Assembly (NCBI GenBank): GCA_947496715.1 | Contig: CANMDT010000002.1 | Span: 3,398-67,397 of the forward strand | Origin: Myxococcales bacterium | GTDB lineage: Bacteria > Myxococcota_A > Bradymonadia > REDH01 | Direction of reading: 5' to 3' | DNA length: 64,000 nt | Shown here: one piece after another, positions 29,501 through 37,512 of the stretch | Position numbering within the stretch: position 1 is the stretch's first letter | How the letters are laid out: every line of letters begins with the position of its first letter | Position numbers and translations under genes: made by a program | The notes under the pieces: generated by a model | Seen by the model: only the letters and a program-made list of their open reading frames with translations | Databases searched by the model: none | Told to the model about the DNA's origin: nothing

Positions 29501-30804
29501 TTGAGCCGGGGGATCATCACCTTGAAGGCGCGGAGATGGTCGAGCTTGGGGCGGGGGAGATCGCTGGCGACCTCCGCTGCCGCGAGGGCGCGGAAGACCC
29601 GCTCGAGATCGCTCTCTTCCTGCGGGAAAAAGCCGAGCTCGCGGAGCGCCCGCTTGAAGCCGGCGCGGGTGAAGGGGAGCTCGGGGAGCGGCGCGTCGGG
29701 GTGGCCGTAGAGCTCCTGGCGACGGGAGATGTCGCGGAGGTAGCGGGCCGCCGCAAAGAGGGTCAGCGCAGGCCACTGGCCCATGCGATCGGGGCGGGGT
29801 CCGAAGAGGCCGACGAGCCAGGTGATGAGGGTGCCGAGGTGGGGACCGGTCTTGAGGGGCGACTCGGCGCGAAGGAGCGGGTGGAGGGCGTCGAGCAGGG
29901 TGCGGGTTGCGGCGCTGGTGGCGGCCCGGTCGGCGGGCGGCGTGTGCAGCAGCGCGAAGAGGGCCTGCAGGAGCGGCGCGACCTCGGGGACGAGGTTCAG
30001 GACGGTGCCGGCGAGGTGGCTGCGCTCGGCGTGGGTGGCATGCATGAGGCCGATGCCGGCGCGGTGCAGGCCGTGTCCGTTCTCAACGAGGGCGCGGCGG
30101 GCGAGCTGGTTGGGCGCGCTCTGATCGTCGGCGACCTTGGCGAGGTAGAGGAGGGTCTCGGTGATGGCGCTGGAGCCGTGCTCCTCTTCGGCAGCCTTGG
30201 AGCTGGCGACCATCATGCGGTCGTTGCCGGGCTGCAGCGTGGCCTTGAAATGGATGCTGGTGACGGGGTCGAGGAAGGGGGCAAGGAGCCCCTGGTCGAG
30301 CTCGGCGGCGGTAGCTGCGATACCGGCAGTCATGGGCAGCCAGGGCGGCCCCTCGGCGAGCGGCGACTTGACGAGGAAGGCGGCATGGAGGCCGGGCTGC
30401 ACGAAGTTGTCGGGGCCTGCGCGGAAGAAGGCGGCCGGGTCGTCCCAGAGGGCGTAGAGCGAGGCCTCGTTGAAGACGAGGTCGCGTCCGATGAGGTGGA
30501 GGCTCCCTGCGTGGCGCAGGTAGAGACCGGGCCGGAAGAGGGCGACGTCGCGGTGGGGCTGCCAGCGGAGGGGGAAGTAGCCGAGGGTCACGGGTGCGAC
30601 GAGGCAGGCACCGGGCCGGATGAGGAGGAACTCGAGGTCGGGCGGCGGCGGCTGGCGCTCTTCGCGCTGCGGGGGACGGCCGCCGTTGCGGTTGTCGCCG
30701 TTGCGGGGGCCACGCTGCTGGTTGCCCTGCTGCTGGCCGCCGGGTGCACCCTGGCGGGGGGAGTTCGAGGCGGGGCGATCGGAGCGGTCGGTGGGCTTTG
30801 CCAT
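26509..30804 (-). CDS. Large cytoplasmic orphan protein (~1432 aa) with acidic repeat region
   Basis: Long minus-strand ORF with protein-like composition. The overlapping plus-strand 1306-aa ORF is G/A/E/R-rich antisense junk. Start chosen at MAKPTDR (30804); an upstream in-frame ATG at 30924 is possible. Contains an 81-bp in-frame tandem duplication (…EASTDEPSFASDAPAEE… x2). Confidence 0.6.
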   Translation of the reverse strand: MAKPTDRSDRPASNSPRQGAPGGQQQGNQQRGPRNGDNRNGGRPPQREERQPPPPDLEFLLIRPGACLVAPVTLGYFPLRWQPHRDVALFRPGLYLRHAGSLHLIGRDLVFNEASLYALWDDPAAFFRAGPDNFVQPGLHAAFLVKSPLAEGPPWLPMTAGIAATAAELDQGLLAPFLDPVTSIHFKATLQPGNDRMMVASSKAAEEEHGSSAITETLLYLAKVADDQSAPNQLARRALVENGHGLHRAGIGLMHATHAERSHLAGTVLNLVPEVAPLLQALFALLHTPPADRAATSAATRTLLDALHPLLRAESPLKTGPHLGTLITWLVGLFGPRPDRMGQWPALTLFAAARYLRDISRRQELYGHPDAPLPELPFTRAGFKRALRELGFFPQEESDLERVFRALAAAEVASDLPRPKLDHLRAFKVMIPRLKGFPVAARTWLARYEHLLTAWSYRGAELRDRRADARHLAANLITDMPTIGICRAYGRVAGGAHPAAASLCEALLHADHPMMRQLGELFTATGDAAASDAAVSQRLEAAVAAKAISRESLAFSSAIVDHAVARAAAGNPIIGLPLRAPELAGSSPLLRHFLYWRAFCRSIDPSDSARYLDFLERLAPSAGDLSVKQLIEVGSLARQVSRKAQTEVKGSPVWGTATATALDGLLAEAPGTPGAERYHDLVINLAELDGDALAARLPQLIARTPVDELPRLLESIRRSPARGQMVRSEAFAELGHTLAPATSLAAARARVEWVRCAIDRAKNAVSVRWLLEPAGDQNWSCGAAFAGFFDSSRGECIAAPEAAVIMLLELAAKSLSEPQRDLVMNQIAAHTQWPASERLNLLLEGNQPAAAVGFMQRHALGERDAALALWTSALATAQGGAALRTSAVALRDLEGRMGDRFDAPRAALEQAFARYRPARYLPEGFAQALDGWRLAQLGTSGKTVESFASQALRWSLDNGSRHFVGFLAWLTDERTAATIAPLLEQQLTAGNAESELLAALEALPFALASESFPYADFEGPQGKRAGTRLVASAITGAGSFATLERAVVKAVTAVLQHAAEPAAEVAPLIARLEALERALANAPVAHQTAEEVEEERAASAEAIAAEAAEASTDEPSFASDAPAEESSVEASAETAEASTDEPSFASDAPAEETTDAAAPAAAQRAPRGRRNEAVTVDEKLARSTRKSARKELAKGVALALSLLREVDPTIVWATLPMLRRVRDFAPGSFDLRREIIPVIESTAATAGMRLADPHHLLTTDYLEQEWVELDRTDLAVWISLLVAVQQKHELQPKMELRRNAICMPLLRASKPKPAPTLVTGEEPAAEAVEAQAGELPEGDESAITETEESAAPEAESKEERPSGPLSGRPLVKLLTRALGEKGTSADRLAAFGDEVMPLACLAMIERSRTLRFRAEVVDGTPMALLSWKSGY
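27340..27500. repeat. 81-bp perfect-core tandem duplication inside the orphan-protein gene (27-aa acidic repeat)
   Basis: gggtgcgtcggaggcaaaggatggctcgtccgtggaggcttctgcgg occurs at 27358-27404 and 27439-27485. Confidence 0.8.
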
Positions 30805-30960
30805 GAGACTGCGTCTGCTGGTTCGGGTGTGTGCGCGCGGCACGGGAGCGGCGGTTGCTAGCACGAAGGGTGGGAGGTTGCGAGAGCGGCGGTTCTGCTT
30901 GCGGTTGGCGAGGCAAGCGATCATGCACGCAAGACTCTTTCACCCCGTGCGTCCTCCCCG

Positions 30961-31743
30961 ATGCCAGCCACCTTTTCACACCCGGCGGCCATCCTTCCGC
31001 TGCGTCGCTGGGCGCCCCGCTGGTTCGACACCGTAGGACTCGTCATCGGCAGCATGGCGCCCGATCTGGGCTACTTTTTGTTGCTCTTCGACGGTGCCTC
31101 GAAGGCCCATACGCTTGCGGGACTCTTCTTCATCACCCTGCCCTCTGCGCTGGTTCTTTGGGGGCTGCTGCAGCTGTCGTGGCCAACGCTCAGCCGGGTC
31201 TTTCCACCGGCCCACGCCGGCTTCCTGACGGAGTCGCTGCTGGCGCAGGGGCCAGTGCGTGGGCGGCAGTTTGGACGGCTCGCGCTGTCGATGCTCACGG
31301 GCGGTGCGACACACCTGGTGTGGGACTCCTTCACCCACAAGCAGGACTGGTTTGTGGCGGCCGTTCCGGCGCTCCGGACGCAGGTTCCGCTGGCCTTCGG
31401 CTTCGAAGCACCGGGCTACTATCTGCTGCAGCACGGCTGCTCGCTGCTGGGGCTGGTGGCCTTGGTGGTGGCCTATTGGCGGGCGATTGCGGCAAGCGCA
31501 TGGCGGCCTAAAGCGGGGCTCCGCGCCTGGCAGCCGCTGCTGCTGGTTGTGCTCGTGGCGGTGGTCTTTGGGAGCGTGAGCGCGGTGCCGATGGCTGCCG
31601 GTTATGAGGGGTCTCGGGCGGTGCGGGCGTTTGCCTTCCGGACCGTGATTCACAGCATGGCGCTGGCGCTGCTGTTTGCCTGGCTATGGGGCTGGAAAGT
31701 GGGTCACCGTGAGCGGCAGCGGCGGGCGGAATCAAACGGTTGA
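30961..31743 (+). CDS. DUF4184-family integral membrane protein
   Basis: N-terminus MPATFSHPAAILPL… is characteristic of the DUF4184 family as I recall it. Several hydrophobic segments. 260 aa. Confidence 0.55.
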   Translation: MPATFSHPAAILPLRRWAPRWFDTVGLVIGSMAPDLGYFLLLFDGASKAHTLAGLFFITLPSALVLWGLLQLSWPTLSRVFPPAHAGFLTESLLAQGPVRGRQFGRLALSMLTGGATHLVWDSFTHKQDWFVAAVPALRTQVPLAFGFEAPGYYLLQHGCSLLGLVALVVAYWRAIAASAWRPKAGLRAWQPLLLVVLVAVVFGSVSAVPMAAGYEGSRAVRAFAFRTVIHSMALALLFAWLWGWKVGHRERQRRAESNG

Positions 31744-32011
31744 TGGACCGGATTGCCCTGCAAAAGGCCTCGTTGAAGCGGCGTCACAGGGCATGATCTG
31801 GCGCGAGGGGAGCAGCCACAGGCCTGTGCAGCAGGAGACCTATCAGGTCTCTGGCGAGTAGGTTTCGGAGATGCTTCAAATTTCTTCACCTCGCGCGCTC
31901 GGCGTGGTAGAGGGCGACAGGTTTGCATTTAAGAAAGCTGTGCGCGTGGGCGAGTTGGTTGCTCCCGAAGTGCAGTGGTGATTGTGATTCCCCTACCCCT
32001 TTGAGGTAACC

Positions 32012-32620
32012 ATGAACCGGTCGACTGCTCGTTTCTCGTTCTCGATTCTGACCGCTGCTGTCCTCGGCATCTCCGCGCTCAGCGCCGGTTGCCAGCCCCC
32101 CGCGCCGCCCGCTGAGGCCGTAAAGGAGGAGTTCGACGCCCGCGCCTGGTACGAGAAGTACTCGAAGGAGGTCGTTGAGGGCCGCAACCTCGACAAGGCC
32201 GTTACGGACTACTGGACCGAGAATGTTGTCTATCACAACATCGACAAGACGCAGGGTGGCGCGGCGGTCAAGGCTGCCCTTACCCCCTACTACGACGCCT
32301 TCTCGGACGTGAAGATCACGATCGACGACGTCATCTACCAGGGCAACACCGTTGCGGCGCGCGTGACCTTCGAGGGCAAGCACACCGGCAAGGTTGGCGA
32401 CATCGCCCCGACCGGCGCGACGGTCAAGCAGCAGATCACCAACTGGTATGTCCTCAAGGAAGGGAAGATCAGCGACATCTGGTCGCTGGCCGACTCGGCG
32501 CAGGTCCTTTCGGCGATTGGCGCGAAGGCGGCTCCGGCCCCCGCTGCTGAGGCTTCGGGTTCGGGCGCTGTCCCGGCCCCCGCTGCTCCGGCTGCTCCCG
32601 CCGCTCCGACCGGAAAGTAA
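32012..32620 (+). CDS. Secreted NTF2/SnoaL-like (ester-cyclase-like) protein, probable lipoprotein, with Ala/Pro-rich C-terminal tail
   Basis: Signal peptide …ISALSAGC. Fold-type assignment is from size and pattern only (…WTENVVYHNID…TFEGKHTG…). Weak. Confidence 0.6.
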   Translation: MNRSTARFSFSILTAAVLGISALSAGCQPPAPPAEAVKEEFDARAWYEKYSKEVVEGRNLDKAVTDYWTENVVYHNIDKTQGGAAVKAALTPYYDAFSDVKITIDDVIYQGNTVAARVTFEGKHTGKVGDIAPTGATVKQQITNWYVLKEGKISDIWSLADSAQVLSAIGAKAAPAPAAEASGSGAVPAPAAPAAPAAPTGK

Positions 32621-32636
32621 GAACAGAACAGAGCTC

Positions 32637-33527
32637 ATGATTCGACTCCTCGACCACTTGGTGGCGGGCGGGCTCTCCGCCGCAGACGCCAAGCGGGCGT
32701 TGTCCTCCGGCAAAGTTTTCTACCGCGGTATCCCCGTGGGAGATCCTGTTCGGATGGTCGAGGGGCCGAGGGTGAAGCTCAACATGAGTGCGCCCAAGAC
32801 GCGCCCCGGCAGTGAGCCCCACATCGTCTTCTCCGATGACCACCTGGCGGTCATCATGAAGCCGTCGGGCATGCTCTCCGTGGCCGCTCCTGGTCGCCGC
32901 GGCGAGCCCGAGCTTCTCGGCTGGGCCCGTCAACGGCTCGGCGAGGTGCACCGCGTGCACCGGCTCGACGAAGACACCTCCGGGCTCATCCTGGTGGCGC
33001 GGAGCGAGCGGGTGCGATCCTTCCTCATCACGCTCGTGTCGCTGCACCGCATGGAGCGGGGTTACCTCGCCTTTGTGGCGGGCAACGTGCCCAACAAGCC
33101 GCGCAAGATCGTCTCGGTGATTGCGCGTGATCGGGGCGACGGCATCCGAGGCGCCAACGAAGAAGAGGAAGGCAAAGAGGCGGTGACCCACCTCTTGCGG
33201 TCGCAGCCCTTCGGCATGGCGAGCCTGGTCGAGCTCCGGCTCGAGACTGGGCGGCAGCACCAGATCCGAATCCACATGTCGGAGGAGGGCCACCCCGTGC
33301 TCGCCGACAAGCTCTATGGCCGGCCCATGCCGCGCGCCCCGCGGCTTGCGCTGCACGCCTTCAAGCTGGGCTTCCGCCACCCCGTGACCACAGACGACGT
33401 CCGGTTCGAGGTTCCGCTTCCTGATGATCTCGAGCGTCTCAAGTGCCAGCTCATGGCGCAGGCCGAAGAGAAGGCGGCGGAGCGTGCTGCCCGGGCCGAG
33501 CGGTTCTCCAAGCCGCCGCAGGGCTAG
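32637..33527 (+). CDS. RluA-family 23S/tRNA pseudouridine synthase
   Basis: Catalytic motif HRLDEDTSGLILVARS. Start set at MIRLLDHLV (ATG 32637). The longer ORF from 32394 overlaps the preceding gene in another frame and looks artefactual. Confidence 0.85.
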   Translation: MIRLLDHLVAGGLSAADAKRALSSGKVFYRGIPVGDPVRMVEGPRVKLNMSAPKTRPGSEPHIVFSDDHLAVIMKPSGMLSVAAPGRRGEPELLGWARQRLGEVHRVHRLDEDTSGLILVARSERVRSFLITLVSLHRMERGYLAFVAGNVPNKPRKIVSVIARDRGDGIRGANEEEEGKEAVTHLLRSQPFGMASLVELRLETGRQHQIRIHMSEEGHPVLADKLYGRPMPRAPRLALHAFKLGFRHPVTTDDVRFEVPLPDDLERLKCQLMAQAEEKAAERAARAERFSKPPQG

Positions 33528-33554
33528 GCGCGAGCCAGCGGCCTTGCGCTGTTG

Positions 33555-34931
33555 TTACTCGCCGCCCGCAAGGCCGAGCGCAGCCTCGGAGGCGAAGATG
33601 GTCTCGCCGTGCTGGCTGCGGTCGAGGCCCTCCTCTTCGTCGTCGGCCGTGACACGCATGGGGGTGATGAGGTCGACCAGCTTGAAGATGCCGTAGGAGA
33701 CCACGAAGACGTAGGTCGAGACGACGACCAGCGCGAGCAGGTGCACGAGGAAGAGCTTGGTGTTGCCTAGCAGCAGGCCATCGGCGCCAGCGCCGTTGAC
33801 GGCCTTGGTGGCGAAGACCGCGGTAGCCAACATGCCGACCATGCCGCCTACGCCGTGGCAGGGGAAGACGTCGAGGGTGTCGTCGAGCGCGGAGTTGCTG
33901 CGCCAGTGGGCGATGGCGTTGCAGGCGATGGCAGCGATGGTGCCGATGGCCATCGCGCTACCGACGGAGACGAAGCCGGCGGCGGGGGTGACCGCCACGA
34001 GGCCTACGACCGCACCGATGCAGGCGCCGAGCGCGCTGATGCGGCGGCCGCGGACAGCGTCGAAGAAGACCCAGGCGAGGGCGGCGGCGGCGGCGGCGGT
34101 GTTGGTGGTGAGAAAGGCCGAGACGGCGAGGTCGTTGGCGGCGAGCGCGCTGCCGGCGTTGAAGCCGAACCAACCGAACCAGAGCAGGCCCGTGCCGATG
34201 AGCACATAGGGGATGTTGGCGGGCGGGTGGCTCTGGCCCTTGGCGTAGTCCTTGCGCTTGCCGAGTGCGATGGCACCGGCGAGGGCGGCAACGCCAGCCG
34301 ACATGTGGACGACGGTTCCGCCGGCGAAGTCGAGCACGCCCCACTGGCGGAGGAAGCCGTTGGGGTGCCAGGTCCAGTGACAGACGGGGGCGTAGACCAG
34401 GAGCGAGAAGAGGATCATGAAGAGGAGGTAGCTGGAGAACTTGACCCGCTCTGCGAAGGAGCCGGTGACGAGCGCCGGCGTGATGATGGCGAACTTCATC
34501 TGGAAGAGGGCGAAGAGGGCGAAGGGGATCGTGGCCGCGAAGGCGGGGTTGGGGGTGCCGCCGACGCCGCGGAAGAAGGCGAAGGTGGCGGGGTTGCCGA
34601 TAAGGCCCATGCCCTCACCGCCGAGGCTGTCTCCGAAGGCGAGCGAGAAGCCGACAGCGACCCAGAGGATGGCGACGATGGCCATGGCGATGAAGCTCTG
34701 GAGCATGGTCGAGATGACATTCTTCGGGCGGACCATGCCGCCGTAGAAGAAGGAGAGTCCCGGGGTCATGAGCAGGACCATGGCGGAGGACATGAGCATC
34801 CAGGCGGTGTCGCCTGCGCTGATGGCGCTGAGGTCGGTGGCGGTGGCGCCGGGCGGGGTGATGGCGCCGGCGATGGAGAGGAGGACAAGGAGAGCGAGGG
34901 CAAAGGTCCAAGGCTTCATCGGCGACTCCAC
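33555..34931 (-). CDS. amt: Ammonium transporter Amt
   Basis: Signal peptide followed by the Amt/MEP signature (…AWMLMSSAMVLLMTPGLSFFYGGMVRPKN…). Multiple TM helices. 458 aa. Confidence 0.92.
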   Translation of the reverse strand: MESPMKPWTFALALLVLLSIAGAITPPGATATDLSAISAGDTAWMLMSSAMVLLMTPGLSFFYGGMVRPKNVISTMLQSFIAMAIVAILWVAVGFSLAFGDSLGGEGMGLIGNPATFAFFRGVGGTPNPAFAATIPFALFALFQMKFAIITPALVTGSFAERVKFSSYLLFMILFSLLVYAPVCHWTWHPNGFLRQWGVLDFAGGTVVHMSAGVAALAGAIALGKRKDYAKGQSHPPANIPYVLIGTGLLWFGWFGFNAGSALAANDLAVSAFLTTNTAAAAAALAWVFFDAVRGRRISALGACIGAVVGLVAVTPAAGFVSVGSAMAIGTIAAIACNAIAHWRSNSALDDTLDVFPCHGVGGMVGMLATAVFATKAVNGAGADGLLLGNTKLFLVHLLALVVVSTYVFVVSYGIFKLVDLITPMRVTADDEEEGLDRSQHGETIFASEAALGLAGGE

Positions 34932-35049
34932 GGCGAGAGGATCTACTCCCGCCGTTTATGACGCAACCTCGCTATCTGGTCAAACGTTTTGTGACGCAGC
35001 GCACTATTTGGATCACTTTGACGCAGACTGATGCGTCAAAGCGTAAAAA

Positions 35050-36213
35050 TCAATCTCCGTAGGCCACCGCGACCGCCGAAACGCGCCAGCCGCCCGACTG
35101 CGCCACTGCCTCGATGAAGAAGCCAAAGCTGTGCTCGCCCGCCGTCGGCATGGCCACCTCGAAGAGGCGGGGCGGGGTCACGCTGCCCGGGCACCAGTTG
35201 GCCCGGGGCGCTCGCACGCTGCTCATGGAGCCCATGGGGTTCTCGAGGCAGAAGGTGATGGGCTGGCCGAGGTCGCTGTTGGTGGTCTCGGTGCAGAGGG
35301 TGTCGCAGTCCTGGCGCCAGGGGCGGTAGACGGTCTCGTCGCCGTCGACCAGGACATGGTGGTAGCGTTTGCAGAACTCCTCGGCGGGCCCGATGCAGGT
35401 GGAGGAGGAGTCGGCCGTGCCGCCGTGGCCGGTGACCCGATACTGGACCTCGGCGCGGGTGGTGCCCTCGGGGAGGGTGAAGGGGAAGTCGAGCTGGTCG
35501 TAGGGCTCGGGGTAGGTGGCGTTGTAGAGGGGGAAGACGCCGAGCACCTTGCGGGGGGCGGGGCCGTCCTGGATTTCGAGGCGGCCGGTGACGTTCCAGC
35601 CGCCGTTGCTGCCGCTCACCTGCCCTGCGCCGTCGGCGTAGGTGGTGATGTGGGTGCGGAAGCGGTGGCTGCCGGGCAGACCGTTGGCGATGTCGGTGAC
35701 GTCGATCTCGAAGCGCAAGGGGCCGCCGAAGGGGGTGATGGCGCGAACGAGCTCGATGGCGGGGGGCGCCTCGGGGTTCTCCGGGTCATCCATGGTGACC
35801 TCGTAGTTGCGGTCGAAGGCGTCGCAGAGCGGGGGCCAGTTCTGGCCTGCGGGCGGGCGGTCGTCGAGCCAACGGGAGAAGGGGAAGCAGGTGGTTTCGA
35901 GCTCCATGACGAGGGTGACCCGCTCGAAGGGGCCGGTGCCCCAGTCGGCGGTGGCGACCACATTCTGGAAGTTGGGCTGGGAGCCGTCGCTGGTGATGCG
36001 GGCGCTGTCCCAGAGGGTGAGGGTGCGGGGGGCGACGGTGGTGTCGGCCTGCGCGGAGCCCTCGGTGTCGGCGGTGGTGTCGGCGGCCGAGCCCTCGGTG
36101 TCGACGGTGGTGTCGGCCGCGGTATCGGTTGTGCTGGCGGTTGTGTTGGTCGCTTCTTTGGTGTCGCCGCAGGCGGCGAGGAGCAGGAGGGGCAGGACGA
36201 GCAGACGACGCAT
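35050..36213 (-). CDS. Secreted lipoprotein of unknown function
   Basis: Start chosen at MRRLLVLPLLLLAACGD (lipobox LAAC). Acidic Thr/Asp linker then a ~300-aa domain. The overlapping plus-strand ORF (35131-36705) is antisense-like junk. A faint resemblance to PNGase-F-type beta-sandwich proteins is an impression only. Confidence 0.6.
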   Translation of the reverse strand: MRRLLVLPLLLLAACGDTKEATNTTASTTDTAADTTVDTEGSAADTTADTEGSAQADTTVAPRTLTLWDSARITSDGSQPNFQNVVATADWGTGPFERVTLVMELETTCFPFSRWLDDRPPAGQNWPPLCDAFDRNYEVTMDDPENPEAPPAIELVRAITPFGGPLRFEIDVTDIANGLPGSHRFRTHITTYADGAGQVSGSNGGWNVTGRLEIQDGPAPRKVLGVFPLYNATYPEPYDQLDFPFTLPEGTTRAEVQYRVTGHGGTADSSSTCIGPAEEFCKRYHHVLVDGDETVYRPWRQDCDTLCTETTNSDLGQPITFCLENPMGSMSSVRAPRANWCPGSVTPPRLFEVAMPTAGEHSFGFFIEAVAQSGGWRVSAVAVAYGD

Positions 36214-36289
36214 GAGTGGCTCCGCAGGGAGTGGGTGGGCGTGCAAAGATGGGGCGAGCGTGGCCGCATGGCAAGGCTGGCAGAGAGCG

Positions 36290-36345
36290 ATGCCATGTTT
36301 CGGGGCAGGCCAAAAGTTTGCTCCGATCGGCAGGCGCGGGCGGCG
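36290..36345 (+). promoter_or_regulatory. ~56-bp conserved motif, copy A (cagagagcgatgccatgtttcggggcaggccaaaagtttgctccgatcggcagg)
   Basis: Near-identical copy at 37397-37452 in the same orientation. Each lies ~60-100 bp upstream of a plus-strand gene start. Contains the 8-bp palindrome ccgatcgg. Confidence 0.4.
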
Positions 36346-36445
36346 CTGCGACCGTTCCGCCGCCCCGCTCCAAAAATCTGCAGGCCCATCCGCAACAACG
36401 GGCCGCAGACGCCGATAACCGACCATCACAACTTCGTGAGGTCAC

Positions 36446-37360
36446 ATGTCGCGTCCACCCTTCCCCCCGTTTCCAGCTCCACCTCCATCTCCGCCGCCGC
36501 CGCCGTCTCGCGCCGAACGCAACCCGCACGAGCGGCGGAGCGTCACCGTCACGCGTGCAGCTCTGCCGGCCGGCGCGCTGCACGAGCAGTATGTGGTGCC
36601 CCGCAACAGCCTCTTCATCGACCTCGTCGTCTGGGGCAGAGCGGCCAACTCGCCCGTTTGGGGCCCCTTCCGCCCCTTCTTTGCGGGGCGGCGGGTGGCA
36701 GTTGAGTTCTGTAGCGGCCACCTGAGCCTCGAGATGTTCAACAGCTACCTCGGCGAGGCGCAGTTCGTGCGCCCCAAGCGTACCCTGCCAGGCGAGGCCC
36801 GACTCTTCATCCTCTGCAACAGGCGGCCAAAGGCCCGACTCAAAGAACTCGCGCGCTTTGTGACCCCCGGCCCCGTCGCCGGCTCCTGGTTTCTCGACCT
36901 CGGCCCGGCCGGCCAGGTCATCATCGCGGTGGCCACCGAACTGCCCGTCCAGCCCGGCACAACCGCGCTCCGCTTCACCGCCCCAAAAACCTCGCAAGCC
37001 GAGTATTTTCAACGTTATGATGACCTCTTGAACGATCCGACATTGTCGGTCAAACTACGCAACACCATCTTGATGGAGGAACACATGTTGAGCAGCGATC
37101 GCACCGATCCAACCGTTGACAGCAAAGCCCGCCGCGAGGCCCGCAGCTTGCTGGACCAGTTCAAAACCTGGAAAGCGAAAGAGACGAAACGGTTGAAGGC
37201 GGAGAGCAAGGCCGAGGGCAAGGCCGAGGGCAAGGCCGAGGGCGTGGAGGACCTCCTCGCAGCGGCCGCAGCCTACCTGCCGCCCGAGACGATCGAGGCG
37301 CTCCGCAAGCAGCGCGATCCCGTCGCGATCGCCTTGGCGATGGCAGGGGCGGCGCGGTAG
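36446..37360 (+). CDS. Hypothetical protein (N-terminal Pro-rich stretch may not be translated; true start uncertain)
   Basis: ORF with coding-like composition in the central and C-terminal part (…LFIDLVVWGRAANSPVWGPF…). KAEG x3 repeat near the C-terminus. No recognisable domain. Confidence 0.4.
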   Translation: MSRPPFPPFPAPPPSPPPPPSRAERNPHERRSVTVTRAALPAGALHEQYVVPRNSLFIDLVVWGRAANSPVWGPFRPFFAGRRVAVEFCSGHLSLEMFNSYLGEAQFVRPKRTLPGEARLFILCNRRPKARLKELARFVTPGPVAGSWFLDLGPAGQVIIAVATELPVQPGTTALRFTAPKTSQAEYFQRYDDLLNDPTLSVKLRNTILMEEHMLSSDRTDPTVDSKARREARSLLDQFKTWKAKETKRLKAESKAEGKAEGKAEGVEDLLAAAAAYLPPETIEALRKQRDPVAIALAMAGAAR

Positions 37361-37396
37361 GTCTCAATCGCACCGCTCCCTCGTGCTCCGCCTCCC

Positions 37397-37452
37397 ACGG
37401 GGCCAGCAGAGAGCGATGCCATGTTTCGGGGCGGGCCAAAAGTTTGCGCCGA
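37397..37452 (+). promoter_or_regulatory. ~56-bp conserved motif, copy B
   Basis: cagagagcgatgccatgtttcggggcgggccaaaagtttgcgccgatcggcagg, 61 bp upstream of the AMIN/coiled-coil gene start. Confidence 0.4.
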
Positions 37453-37512
37453 TCGGCAGGATCCGTAGAAGTTGGCAGACCGATTTCTATCCCCGCACCG
37501 TTCCGCTGCCGC

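Noticed and set aside
26941-30861. 1306-aa plus-strand ORF antisense to the large orphan-protein gene
   Set aside because: Extremely G/A/E/D/R-rich with GGGG runs. The minus-strand frame has balanced, protein-like composition including W, Y, F, H, M, I, N and K.
32394-32636. Extended 377-aa version of the pseudouridine synthase ORF starting at 32394
   Set aside because: The extension overlaps the preceding SnoaL-like gene in another frame and is Arg/Pro-rich. The RluA homology begins at MIRLLDHLV (32637).
36446-36560. Pro-rich N-terminus (MSRPPFPPFPAPPPSPPPPPS…) of the 36446 hypothetical gene as a genuine PPII-type domain
   Set aside because: The frame shares this stretch with a GC-rich region where all frames are open. 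The real start is more likely downstream, so it was not interpreted functionally.
35131-36705. 524-aa plus-strand ORF opposite the 35050-36213 lipoprotein gene
   Set aside because: G/A/V/E/D-rich antisense-type translation. The minus-strand product has a signal peptide and plausible domain composition.
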